Virus genome (UHGV): UHGV-0468246
Length of the DNA stretch: 64,000 nt
Strand: one strand, 5' to 3'
Origin: a virus
The position numbers were made by a program, and so were the translations under genes. The first letter of the stretch is position 1, and every line of letters starts with the position of its first letter. The notes below the pieces were generated by a model, which did no database searches, had not been told where the DNA came from, and saw nothing but the letters and a program-made list of their open reading frames with translations. This document shows positions 9,093-18,045 of this stretch, piece by piece.

Positions 9093-9664
9093 ATCGTTCC
9101 TCTTTCTCGTTGTTGTTTCTCGAACAATGCCATCAGGACGTGCGCCATGTACTTTTGGGCTTTTCGACCACTTTCGATCATGAAGATTCTTTCGGTCTCT
9201 ATCGCATATTGACGTTCGACGCGCTTCCTGATGCCCACCTCTACCTGCATTCGTATCCTGCGCACCTGCGCAGCTTCAAGAACGTACTGTGCCCAAGCAT
9301 CGACCTCCGTCTCGTCCTCGTCGGACATCACCATGTCCGGCTCCTTGTAATATGCCGTCCTCGCGCCGCGAGGCGGCGCGACAGGCCCTATCTCGACCCG
9401 CTCCGGCACCAGCGCCACTTCCACGCTGAACGCCGTCGCAGGCGGTCTCGCATCGTACTCCGCCCTAGCCGACGGGTCGGTGAGCGTCCGGTAGGCCCTG
9501 TACACCTCCACGAACTCGTCTTCCGAGCCTCCGTGGTCGGGGTGGGCCTCCATGAGGCGCTTCTTCGCCGCCTCCTTCAGCTCGGCATCGTCGGCATCGG
9601 GCGGCACGCCTATGAGGCGGTAGTAGCCCTCCGAATCGTGGCGCGCCCTCGGCACGTGCACCAT
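9089..9664 (-). CDS. J-domain (DnaJ-like) protein
   Basis: J-domain YYRLIGVPPDADDAELKEAAKKRLMEAHPDHGG with HPD motif. The start MVHVPR is an internal ATG of track ORF 9089..9808. Confidence 0.7.
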   Translation of the reverse strand: MVHVPRARHDSEGYYRLIGVPPDADDAELKEAAKKRLMEAHPDHGGSEDEFVEVYRAYRTLTDPSARAEYDARPPATAFSVEVALVPERVEIGPVAPPRGARTAYYKEPDMVMSDEDETEVDAWAQYVLEAAQVRRIRMQVEVGIRKRVERQYAIETERIFMIESGRKAQKYMAHVLMALFEKQQRERGTI

Positions 9665-9719
9665 CTCGGTGCCCGACCAGAAGAACGCGTCGCCGCCCGT
9701 CGCCGAGAGAACCAGCCCC

Positions 9720-9884
9720 CTAGGGACGGTCTTCGCCCTCTGGGGCTGCTTCGGGCGCGGCGCTTTCGTCAAGATCGACGACCTGTTCGGAACCCTCACC
9801 CTCACCATCGGCTCCCGCCTTCCGCTCCTCCTCGGCGACCTTCACCGCCGACGGCTTCTCCGCACTGTACTTCCTGAACGCCAT
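9720..9884 (-). CDS. small acidic hypothetical protein
   Basis: MAFRKYSAEKPSAVKVAEEE... with RBS AAAGGAGACGGAA directly before the ATG. Confidence 0.4.
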   Translation of the reverse strand: MAFRKYSAEKPSAVKVAEEERKAGADGEGEGSEQVVDLDESAAPEAAPEGEDRP

Positions 9885-9930
9885 TTCCGTCTCCTTTCGT
9901 CGGGGCGGCAATCATACCATGGCTGTAAGC

Positions 9931-9960
9931 CAAAAGTTAAAACAAAAAGTTAAGAATACG
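9931..9960 (-). promoter_or_regulatory. AT-rich TCTTAACTTTT direct-repeat island (candidate promoter)
   Basis: Sense cgtattCTTAACTTTTTGTTTTAACTTTTggcttacagccatggTATGAT: TTAACT -35-like box and TATGAT -10-like box before the 9884 gene. It overlaps the primase stop. Confidence 0.35.
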
Positions 9961-10882
9961 CCCATGACGGCACGACTTCCCTTCCGTACACCGCCTCCCA
10001 GCATTCGCGCTTCGTCATCGCCGCCGGGTCGTCCCGCGTCGGAAGGACGGAGAAGACCTTGCAGAACGGCTCCAACATGCGCATGGCACGCAGCGTACCG
10101 GCGTGGCCCGCCTCGTCCGGGTCGTAGAAGACCAGCACGCTGTCGAACTTCTGGCGTATCAGGCGGGCCTGACCGTCGGACAGCTGGCACCCGAACGATG
10201 CCACCGGGTTGGGGAAACCGTACTGATCGAGCATGATTGCCGAAAGCGGTGCCTCCACCAAGATGCAGCTGTCGCCCTGCGAAGCGTTGTCGTATCCGAA
10301 CAGGATGATCTCGCGAGCCATGTCCTTGCTGTGGAGCCACTTCGGGAACACGTCGTTCGTGAGGGCGCGGGCCGTCCACGCGACCAGCTTGCCGCCGAAG
10401 AAGACGGGCACGACGGCCCTGTTCATCGAAGGGTCGTAGCCGAGCCTCCACTTCGCCACCGTCTGGTCGTTGAAGCCGCGCTCGCGCCAGTACGGGCAAT
10501 CGTGCCTAGTCCACTCCTCAACGTCGCGCTCCAACGGCGTGAGCGTCACGGACTTGTATGAGCTTCCCGCCATGAGCTGCTGAATCTCCGAGAACGACAG
10601 GTCGCCGTACAGGAGCCGGAGCGCCTGCGAGCGCGAGCATGAACGCTGCCTCATCACCAAGCCCGCAGCGTCCCCGCTGAAGCCGCAGCTGAAGCAGTGG
10701 TGGCGCAGCGTGTTCAGGTTGATCGACCACGACGGCTTCTTGTCGCCGTGCCGATGGTTCTCCGGGCACGGGCACGATGCCCACAGCTCGTCCCCGCTGA
10801 TATATGAGTTCTTCAGCTCCAAAAGGTCTATCAGCTTAGACGAATGAACCGGTCGCACATCGCACCTCCTCTTATGCCGCAT
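9950..10882 (-). CDS. dnaG: DNA primase (DnaG-like; CHC2 zinc finger plus TOPRIM)
   Basis: CPCPENHRHGDKKPSWSINLNTLRHHCFSCG zinc-binding motif; TOPRIM-like EAPLSAIML...YDPDEAG. Confidence 0.8.
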   Translation of the reverse strand: MRHKRRCDVRPVHSSKLIDLLELKNSYISGDELWASCPCPENHRHGDKKPSWSINLNTLRHHCFSCGFSGDAAGLVMRQRSCSRSQALRLLYGDLSFSEIQQLMAGSSYKSVTLTPLERDVEEWTRHDCPYWRERGFNDQTVAKWRLGYDPSMNRAVVPVFFGGKLVAWTARALTNDVFPKWLHSKDMAREIILFGYDNASQGDSCILVEAPLSAIMLDQYGFPNPVASFGCQLSDGQARLIRQKFDSVLVFYDPDEAGHAGTLRAMRMLEPFCKVFSVLPTRDDPAAMTKRECWEAVYGREVVPSWAYS

Positions 10883-10884
10883 CG

Positions 10885-10900
10885 TCGATTATTTTATCGG
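10885..10900. promoter_or_regulatory. near-palindromic site TCGATTATTTTATCGG, 2 nt upstream of the primase ATG
   Basis: No Shine-Dalgarno; sense TTTACT-17nt-TAAAAT-cgacgATG suggests a promoter that yields a leaderless primase transcript. Confidence 0.35.
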
Positions 10901-10950
10901 ATGTTAAAGAAAAAGTAAAGCAAGAATTAAGACAATAATGAAGATTATCG
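10901..10950 (-). promoter_or_regulatory. AT-rich island with TCTTAA(T/C)T repeats between helicase stop and primase
   Basis: Sense cattattGTCTTAATTCTTGCTTTACTTTTTCTTTAAC; same motif family as 9931, 15876, 18046 and 58095. Confidence 0.35.
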
Positions 10951-13296
10951 GATGGTGCGCGGGTTGCCGTTGTCGTCCCTCATGAGGTCGATGAGGGCTT
11001 GGTACTTCAGCTCCCATCGCAGCTTGTAGCCCATCCTCCCGTAACGTCGGGTCTTCAGCGTGACGAGCTTCATCACGCTTATGTTCTCCTCCTCCTCGGT
11101 GCACCCCAGCGCCCAGATAACGTCCGCAAGCTGCTCGACAACCGACGAGTGCGCGATGTCCTGCGCGGTGCCTATGCCGTCCTTCGCGTTCTTAACGCCC
11201 TCTCGCGTCATCTGGTGGAGCAGCAGCACCGGCATCTTCTGGTTGTCCGAAGGCGACGCTATGAGGTTCTTCAGCGTGTAGATGCAGTCAGCCGTCTGCT
11301 CGTAAAGCGACTGAATCTTCGGGTTCTTCTTCACGAACTGAAGCTGGTCGATCACGACGAAGTTGCATCCGCACATCTTGGCGTTCTGGATGAGGGCGCT
11401 CGGCGTGCGCTCCGGCATGGGAGGCTGGTCGATGACGAGCTTTCCGGGCAGGCCGCCTATCTCGTCGCGCGCCCTGTCGAGGGCCTGAACGTAGCGCGGC
11501 ATCTCGATGCCCTTCAGGAACTTATCGACGGGAACCACGATCTGATCGCGGTTGACGTGCAGAAGCTCCGTGCGCCGCCCGATGTCGTAGGGGTCTAGCT
11601 CCAAGCTGGCGAAGTAGACGTTCCACCCTTGCCGCGCCGCCTCCAAGGCGGTCTTGGCGGCGAACCACGTGTTGTGCGTCACGATGTAATCGTCCGTCAG
11701 GTAAAGATGCTCCGGGTCGTCAACCATGATGCATTGCATCTCCGTGTCGAAGCCCAAGTCCTCGACATCGACTATCGAGACGTAGCGGTGAAGGAACTTG
11801 CGATTCGCAACGGCATCGTGCGCGCGCTCGCGACATTCGTGCTTGCCGGATGACGTGATGCTTTCGGCGGTCATCACCGACACAACCCATTCGTCCGACT
11901 TACCGGCACGGCGTTTCATTCGCGCCCGCGCGCACATTCCCAGCGAGCGGCACAACGACACGACATCATCAGCAAGCCTCTTTGAAGCCGTCGAGTAGGT
12001 CTTGCCTCCGTTGCCCATCATGCACCCGTCCGTGTCCATAAGGCCGCGAAGCAGGTCAAAACGCTGCTCTGCCGATGCTCCAAGGTAGTCGGCTGGAATG
12101 AACTTCTCATAAGATTTCACGTTCAGCCCAAGATCGACGACCGCGCTTGAAAGCGGGTTCATGTTCCACTTCGGCAGGTACGATATTCCATAAGAGCAGT
12201 TATCGGCGTTGACCTTCTTGACAGCGTAGTCTTCGCCCAGTCTCTCGCAAAGACTGTTCACCACATCGTCCTCGACGCTCGAAAACGCAAGCGAGCCTCC
12301 GGGAACCTGTGATAGGCATCCGTCGCCGATGAGCACGCCGAGCACGTAGGGGTCGATTGGAAGCTCCTTGCGCGACATCTCAACGGCATCATTGACCGGC
12401 ACCCTCCAACGATACGCCTTGCCGCTCATCAGGCCACGCGCGATCATCTCGCCGAGCGTCATGGTGCGCTCCGAAACGCAAGGAATGCCGTTCGCCTTCG
12501 TCTTGTACGCCGTCGTCCACAAATGGTCGATGCAGCAATCGGCATGTCGCCCGTCGGCAAGATGCACCCGGTACGCACGCTTTTTGCCCTGCGGGTACAC
12601 TCCTATAACCCGTGCAAGCGTGCCTCGGCGCGTTCGCACCTTGTCGCCTACGCGAATCTCGCCCATCGGCTTGAACCCATGCTCCGTGAGAACCTTCGAG
12701 TAAAGCGGCTGGGCCTTGCCCTTGCCCGTCGGGGCGACGAGAACCGCAAGCTCGCCGGGCTTGATGCCGCCCGTCTCCACGTTCAGCTCCTCGAAGGGGT
12801 ACGGCGCGCCGACCTCGGCCAGCTTCGCGTTCGCCATCTTCTTGTACAGCTCCATGCTCTCGCCGTCGCCGTACACGATCTTCTGCTGCCTCGGCGTTAC
12901 GTTGTCAACGATCACGGACAGGGTGTCGCGCAGCATCTTCACCTTCTGCTCCGCGTCAAGCCCCATGTTCTCAACGCCCATGCGCAGCGCGTCGGTAAGC
13001 TGGAACTCGCAGTACTGGTCTTTGAGCTTCTTCGACAGGTACGACGGCGCGGCACCTGCCGCCCCCTGCGTCAGCGCGTCGTAGTCGGGGAACCGCTCGC
13101 GCAGCACGTCGAGCGTGGGCGCTCCCCTCATGGCCGCGAAGTTCAGGAAGTAGTCGCTGGCGAAGCTGTACATCTCCGCCATCTTCGGGTCGGCGAACTG
13201 CGACGCGTCGATGCCCGACTGGTAGTAGACCATGAGGGCGTTCGGGTCGGTCAAGGTCGCGGCGATCTCCGTCTCTACGTCGAGGGCCATTACCAT
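10945..13296 (-). CDS. dnaB: replicative DnaB-like helicase, interrupted at the P-loop by an intein
   Basis: DnaB N-domain, then Walker A APTGKGK|[intein]|TWFAAK...; extein junction restores GKGKT; downstream RecA-like motor domain. RBS GGGAGGA precedes ATG 13296. Confidence 0.85.
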   Translation of the reverse strand: MVMALDVETEIAATLTDPNALMVYYQSGIDASQFADPKMAEMYSFASDYFLNFAAMRGAPTLDVLRERFPDYDALTQGAAGAAPSYLSKKLKDQYCEFQLTDALRMGVENMGLDAEQKVKMLRDTLSVIVDNVTPRQQKIVYGDGESMELYKKMANAKLAEVGAPYPFEELNVETGGIKPGELAVLVAPTGKGKAQPLYSKVLTEHGFKPMGEIRVGDKVRTRRGTLARVIGVYPQGKKRAYRVHLADGRHADCCIDHLWTTAYKTKANGIPCVSERTMTLGEMIARGLMSGKAYRWRVPVNDAVEMSRKELPIDPYVLGVLIGDGCLSQVPGGSLAFSSVEDDVVNSLCERLGEDYAVKKVNADNCSYGISYLPKWNMNPLSSAVVDLGLNVKSYEKFIPADYLGASAEQRFDLLRGLMDTDGCMMGNGGKTYSTASKRLADDVVSLCRSLGMCARARMKRRAGKSDEWVVSVMTAESITSSGKHECRERAHDAVANRKFLHRYVSIVDVEDLGFDTEMQCIMVDDPEHLYLTDDYIVTHNTWFAAKTALEAARQGWNVYFASLELDPYDIGRRTELLHVNRDQIVVPVDKFLKGIEMPRYVQALDRARDEIGGLPGKLVIDQPPMPERTPSALIQNAKMCGCNFVVIDQLQFVKKNPKIQSLYEQTADCIYTLKNLIASPSDNQKMPVLLLHQMTREGVKNAKDGIGTAQDIAHSSVVEQLADVIWALGCTEEEENISVMKLVTLKTRRYGRMGYKLRWELKYQALIDLMRDDNGNPRTIR
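11671..12714 (-). mobile_element. intein (Ala1 ... THN / Thr+1; class-3-like) with LAGLIDADG homing endonuclease, inside dnaB
   Basis: Starts AQPLYSKVLTEHGFKPMGEI, ends DDYIVTHN|T. Block-B DHLW, block-F Cys (EMQCIMV). LAGLIDADG motifs LGVLIGDGC and LLRGLMDTDGC. Local GC is lower than the flanks. Confidence 0.75.
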
Positions 13297-14114
13297 ATCC
13301 TCCCGCCGCGTCGGCGCTCGCGCGCTTTCTCGCGCATGTCCTCGCCGTCCACGCGCACGAGGTCGAAGCTCTCCGTGAACAACGATAGGACGTACTTGTT
13401 GTAGGCGGTCTCCAACCCCGAAGGGCACGACAGGTTCGTCGTGACGATGGTGGGCCGCGACTGCTGCGTGCGCACGCGCAGAAGGTTCTCGATCTGCCCT
13501 ATGGCGTAGTCGGTGCCCTTCGCGCCGAAGCCTCCCTCTATCTCCTTGCCGAGGTCGTCTAGGACGAGGACGCGGGCAGCGTCTATCTTGCGCTTGTACC
13601 ACTTCGCGTACTTCGCGTTGTTCCACCCCCGCTTCGTGTTCTCGATGTAGTCCTTGGCCGTGGTCATGTAGCACTCGATGCCGCGCCGCACGGCCTCCTT
13701 CAGGGCGAAGGAGGCGAGCATCGTCTTCCCCGTGCCAGCCTTGCCGAACATGACGAACCCGCGCCCTTCGAGCATGTTCACGTCGAGCGCGTCGATGTAT
13801 CCCTTCACGAACGCCTGCGCGTTCCGGTCTCCGAAATAGTCGTTCCAGTTCAAGCGCTGGTAGGTGAGGCCGATGCCCGCGTTCAGGTAGTGCTTGTAAC
13901 GCTGTAGCTGGTCGGCGCAGTTGCACCGCATCAGCGCGCCGTCAACGACCACCGTGCCGTCCACCCCCTCGCCGCAGTTCTTCATGCAGGTGGGGCAGAA
14001 GTACAGGTGGCTCGCTCCGAGGTCGGGGTAAACCTCGTACAGCTCGTCAGCGTCGTCCTGCGACAGCGCCATGTCCACGAGGGCCGAATCTTCGAGCCTC
14101 CCCGTCACATCCAT
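13290..14114 (-). CDS. DnaC/IstB-like helicase loader ATPase
   Basis: Walker A FVMFGKAGTGKT, Walker B LVLDDLG, N-terminal Cys cluster CPTC...CNC. RBS AAGGAGA precedes ATG 14114. Confidence 0.7.
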   Translation of the reverse strand: MDVTGRLEDSALVDMALSQDDADELYEVYPDLGASHLYFCPTCMKNCGEGVDGTVVVDGALMRCNCADQLQRYKHYLNAGIGLTYQRLNWNDYFGDRNAQAFVKGYIDALDVNMLEGRGFVMFGKAGTGKTMLASFALKEAVRRGIECYMTTAKDYIENTKRGWNNAKYAKWYKRKIDAARVLVLDDLGKEIEGGFGAKGTDYAIGQIENLLRVRTQQSRPTIVTTNLSCPSGLETAYNKYVLSLFTESFDLVRVDGEDMREKARERRRGGRIW

Positions 14115-14467
14115 AGGTTCTCCTTGCCCTCGTCCGCCTTCAGCTCCGTCAGCGCAAGATCGGTGAGCCACCGGAATCGCTTCGAGAACATTTCCTTGCC
14201 AACGGGGTTCCCGCGGTTGCGCCCCTTCCACTTCGAGAAGACGAACCGAGTTATCCTCGCCGCGTCCTCCGCGCCGTAGTCGCGGACGAACTGCTGCACG
14301 CTGCGCATCACCGGCGCGGTGAACATGGTGCGCTGCTGCATGGGGTCTACGTTGAAGAACTCGATGTAGCCCTTGCGGAAGATGTCGAACACCTTCCTCG
14401 CGTCGTCGTCCGTCGCGTATATGTTATGCGGTGTACCCGCTATCGCCGCCAAGTCCACTGGCATCAC
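14105..14467 (-). CDS. hypothetical protein (replication module)
   Basis: 120-aa track ORF; stop overlaps the loader start (ATGGATGTGA). Confidence 0.45.
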   Translation of the reverse strand: MMPVDLAAIAGTPHNIYATDDDARKVFDIFRKGYIEFFNVDPMQQRTMFTAPVMRSVQQFVRDYGAEDAARITRFVFSKWKGRNRGNPVGKEMFSKRFRWLTDLALTELKADEGKENLWM

Positions 14468-14915
14468 ACACCTTGCCTATAACGTCTGCGGCCTCCTCCG
14501 GCCCCAGCTCCAACACAACCCCTCCGAAAGGCCCCCACAGGCTCTCTCCGACCTTGAAAACGAAGTCCAGAGGGAAGGCACCGTAAACCGCCTCATGCTC
14601 CTCTAGCAGCGTCCTGTACGGCTCGCCGCCGTCCGTGAGGTCTGCAACGTCGAACGGCGTGTCCCGGTGCACGACCAGCTGCAACGGGCGGTACAGATGG
14701 GCGAGGCCGCGCACGGCCTCGTTGACCATCATCGCGTCGCATAGGAGCTGGTTCACCGAGAAGGCCGCTGCGGCCACGTCGCCCATGGCGAACGGGGTCT
14801 TCCTGCGGTACACCTCGAACACGCTGTTCGCATGCCTCACGCAGGGGACGAACCGGCGGGCGAACGCCGCGCGCTCCAACGCGTCCCCTCCCGTCACGGC
14901 CACGTTGAGAATCAT
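14424..14915 (-). CDS. hypothetical protein
   Basis: 163-aa track ORF; no recognisable motif. Confidence 0.45.
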   Translation of the reverse strand: MILNVAVTGGDALERAAFARRFVPCVRHANSVFEVYRRKTPFAMGDVAAAAFSVNQLLCDAMMVNEAVRGLAHLYRPLQLVVHRDTPFDVADLTDGGEPYRTLLEEHEAVYGAFPLDFVFKVGESLWGPFGGVVLELGPEEAADVIGKVCDASGLGGDSGYTA

Positions 14916-15223
14916 CGCCGCGCCGCCGCCTGCTGCTGCGCGAGCATCGCCTTGTTGGCGATCTTCTGCGCGATGCTGTCTATCTCCTCCTCGCAGATGG
15001 CCTCGCAGTCATGGTTCATCTGGTGCATGACGGCGGCGAGGTATTCCGTTGGCGGGTAGCCGGGGCCGATCTTGGCCGTCAGGGCCGCGCCCTTCTTTAT
15101 CCAGTCGCCGTTGGGGGACTGGATGGAGAAGTTCACGCTTATCTCCGCCTCGACATGGTACACGCCGAGCTGCGCCGTGGTCTGCGGCTGGCCCTGCTGC
15201 GGCGCGGTCTGCTGCCCCTCCAT
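14912..15223 (-). CDS. hypothetical protein
   Basis: 103-aa track ORF with Q-rich N-terminus; stop/start overlap with the downstream gene. Confidence 0.45.
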   Translation of the reverse strand: MEGQQTAPQQGQPQTTAQLGVYHVEAEISVNFSIQSPNGDWIKKGAALTAKIGPGYPPTEYLAAVMHQMNHDCEAICEEEIDSIAQKIANKAMLAQQQAAARR

Positions 15224-15224
15224 G

Positions 15225-15812
15225 CTACTTCACCACCAGAGACGATGCGATCTTGCCTTGCGCGGCGGCCTTCTCGTCGGCCTTGGAGAACTGGCGCAGC
15301 ATGGTCTTGAAGGTGGCGGGGACGCTCACGGAGACCTCCGGGTCGTCGAACAGCTCCTTCGGCACCTTCAGGTTCTGGCCGAGCATCGCCTGCTCCAACT
15401 TCGCCTCGTCGATCTCGCGGGGCATCGAGACGGGGCGCGTGACCGACTTGAAAGCGTCCCAAGCCCTGCCGCTGCGGTCGTTGATGTCCTCTTCGTAGAG
15501 GCGGCACAGACCGGCGAGAAGCCCCTGCTCGGTGATGTCAACGGCCTCCTTGCGCGCGAACTCGCGGCACACCTTCTTCTGCTCCTCCATGCCGTACACG
15601 GACACGGGGGTTCCGTTGTCGGTGTACTCCTCCGTGAGGCGCGCCGCCTCTTCCTTCATGGCCTCGTATTCGAGTTCGGCGATCTCCGCCGCCTTCTTCT
15701 TCTCGGCGTACAGCTTCACGAAGGCGTTTGCCTTCGCCGGGTCTGACAGGTCTTTGGGCTGGTAGTCTTGGATTGCGAGGACTTCCTTGCCGACCTTGAT
15801 GATCTCTGCCAT
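15225..15812 (-). CDS. hypothetical protein (predicted coiled-coil)
   Basis: Internal ATG at 15812 preceded by AAAGGAGATGGAACG; product MAEIIKVGKEV... Confidence 0.5.
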   Translation of the reverse strand: MAEIIKVGKEVLAIQDYQPKDLSDPAKANAFVKLYAEKKKAAEIAELEYEAMKEEAARLTEEYTDNGTPVSVYGMEEQKKVCREFARKEAVDITEQGLLAGLCRLYEEDINDRSGRAWDAFKSVTRPVSMPREIDEAKLEQAMLGQNLKVPKELFDDPEVSVSVPATFKTMLRQFSKADEKAAAQGKIASSLVVK

Positions 15813-15875
15813 CGTTCCATCTCCTTTTGTTGGTTGCAATGACAAGTCATATGTTAAACGGTCTCGCGACCGTTG

Positions 15876-15910
15876 TAAAGATAAAAGTTAAGAATAAAAG
15901 TTAAGACTTA
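15876..15910 (-). promoter_or_regulatory. AT-rich TCTTAACTTTT direct-repeat island followed by a small hairpin
   Basis: Sense taaGTCTTAACTTTTATTCTTAACTTTTatctttac, then aacggtcgcgagaccgtt (7-bp stem), ~55 nt upstream of ATG 15812. Confidence 0.35.
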
Positions 15911-16249
15911 CTGCACGACATCCCATGTCTCGCCGCCGTCTGCGGACTGCGTGATGAAGGTGCTCGGCGGGAAGTTCGCGACGGCGTAGTCAACCATCGC
16001 CTTCAGCTTGGACGGGTCTCGGTCGAATATCTCGAAGCCGATCTGCGGGGCGCTCCCCGACTGCGCCATCACGGCCAGAAGCTCCAAGCCGGTGCAGGTG
16101 ATGCAGTCCCACGAGAAGGCCAGCCAGCCGATGCCGTGGTTAAGCTCTACGGCGCGGGGGTCGTCCGTCCACACGTAGTTCGTCCTCATGTTCTCCGGCG
16201 TGCGCGCCAGCCACACGTTGATGCGCGCCGCTACGAATCTGCGTCCCAT
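15908..16249 (-). CDS. hypothetical protein
   Basis: 113-aa track ORF. Confidence 0.45.
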   Translation of the reverse strand: MGRRFVAARINVWLARTPENMRTNYVWTDDPRAVELNHGIGWLAFSWDCITCTGLELLAVMAQSGSAPQIGFEIFDRDPSKLKAMVDYAVANFPPSTFITQSADGGETWDVVQ

Positions 16250-16258
16250 TCCCGCTCC

Positions 16259-18019
16259 TTAAAAGCCGAGTAAGTATTCCATGTCGTTCATCATATCATT
16301 CTCGCCAGCCGCTTCATACTCGCCTATGCCCATCTCCTGCGCCAGCGCCTTGCGGCCCGCCATGGTCTCCTCTATGCGCTCCTCGATTGTGTCGCGCGTC
16401 ACGAAGCGGTATATGGTCACGCAGTCGTGCTTGGAGCTGATGCGGTGGATGCGGTCGCTGCGCTGCTGGTAGCGCGAATGCAGCGGCGGCGTGTCGTAGT
16501 GGAGCAGGTAGCGCCCCTCCGGAAGGTCTATGCCCTCGCGCCCAGCGTCGGACATGAGCATGAGGTTGTAGGTGCTCCCCTCTCGGAAAGACCGCTCGAT
16601 CACGCCGCGCTGCGCGTCCGTCTGCCCTCCCATGTACATGAGCGGGCGGTAGCGCTCCAAGTGCTTCGACAGCGGTATGAGGCAGTTGTGCGTGTGCTGG
16701 GCGAACACCACCATCTTCTCGCCGCCTCCCATGATCTGGTCTACCAGCTCCTCGGTCGCCTTCAGCTTCTCGCTGTTCTTAGACCCCGCAAGCTCCGGCG
16801 CGTGGCGCTGCACTATCCGGCGAATCTCGCGCAGCTGCTCGTCCCAGAACGGGTTGTCGCCTTCGTAGCGCCACACGTCCTCCATCAGAAGAACCTCCGG
16901 CATCCTGCACACGCGCTGAAGCATGAGCATGAACAGCGAGCGCTGCTTCTCGTCCCGGTCTACGCTGCCGCCGTACGCGGCGATCTCGTCGTACAGGGCG
17001 CGCTCCGGCGGCGACAGCTCCAAGTCAAGCACGATCTCCTGACGCTTGGGGAACTCCGCCGCTATCTCCGGGTTGGTCTTCTCCGCCATGAACACGCGGG
17101 GAGCCGAAAGCAGCCCCATAACGTCGAGGTTCTGGAAGCCGAGGTAGCGGTTCCACATGTCGCGCTCGCCGTTGCCGTACGTGAAGTAGTGCTCGAAGTC
17201 CTTCACGGTGCCGTAGATCGAGGCATCGAGGATGCGCCATTCGTTGTAGTAGTCCTCCGGGCTTTTCTCCAACGGCGTGGCGGTCAGGCCGCACTTGAAC
17301 CTGATGTCGAGCGTCTTTTCCAGCTTCTTGAACTTCTGGTGGCGGGGCCGCGCTCGGCTCTTCAACCGCTGAACCTCGTCGTACACGAAGAAAAGGTGCT
17401 TCCCGCGCAGGGCGCGCTCTATGAAGTTCCAGTCCTTCGTGTTGGTTCGGTCGTAGTTGACGACCCATATGTCGGAATCGTCGGTGTTGTACCACGCTTG
17501 GCGCTTCGCGGGCTTCGCGTTGCGGTTGACCGTGCCGACCGTCAGGCTCGTCGCCTTCTCCAACCACGGCACCCACTGCTTGACGAGCGGGGCCGGGCAG
17601 AACACCACGATCTTATCGACGGTGCCACGGTCGAACTCGCGCACGGCGAGCATCGTCCCCATGGCCGTCTTCCCCGTCCCGCACGAGCATATGAGCATGG
17701 TGTTGGGAACTCCGTCGAGCGCGTGGCCGCATCTGTTCTGAAACCTCTTCAGCTCGAACGGGAGCGTGAGGGACGGAGATTCGATGGGCGATTCGTCGCG
17801 CACCTGCCGCAAGCGCTCCGCCGCCCGCTCCGTGAACATGACCTCCATCGTCCTCGCCATGGTCTGGCACAGCTCGACGATGCGGTCGGAGTTCTTCAGC
17901 AGATGGTCGCGGGCGAGTATCCCGCTGTGGACGAACGGCATCAGCGCCGCCTCGTCGCCGTTGATCTTGAACTGCCCTCGGAACTCCTCGGACAGGTCAA
18001 CGCAGACCGTCTCTTTCAA
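16259..18019 (-). CDS. SNF2/Rad54-family helicase
   Basis: Helicase motifs I (CSCGTGKTAMG), II (VYDEVQ), III (TATPLEKS), VI (QQRSDRIHRIS); TTG start after an AAGGGAGATGGAGG RBS. Confidence 0.8.
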   Translation of the reverse strand: MKETVCVDLSEEFRGQFKINGDEAALMPFVHSGILARDHLLKNSDRIVELCQTMARTMEVMFTERAAERLRQVRDESPIESPSLTLPFELKRFQNRCGHALDGVPNTMLICSCGTGKTAMGTMLAVREFDRGTVDKIVVFCPAPLVKQWVPWLEKATSLTVGTVNRNAKPAKRQAWYNTDDSDIWVVNYDRTNTKDWNFIERALRGKHLFFVYDEVQRLKSRARPRHQKFKKLEKTLDIRFKCGLTATPLEKSPEDYYNEWRILDASIYGTVKDFEHYFTYGNGERDMWNRYLGFQNLDVMGLLSAPRVFMAEKTNPEIAAEFPKRQEIVLDLELSPPERALYDEIAAYGGSVDRDEKQRSLFMLMLQRVCRMPEVLLMEDVWRYEGDNPFWDEQLREIRRIVQRHAPELAGSKNSEKLKATEELVDQIMGGGEKMVVFAQHTHNCLIPLSKHLERYRPLMYMGGQTDAQRGVIERSFREGSTYNLMLMSDAGREGIDLPEGRYLLHYDTPPLHSRYQQRSDRIHRISSKHDCVTIYRFVTRDTIEERIEETMAGRKALAQEMGIGEYEAAGENDMMNDMEYLLGF

Positions 18020-18045
18020 CGCGCCTCCATCTCCCTTGGTTTTCC

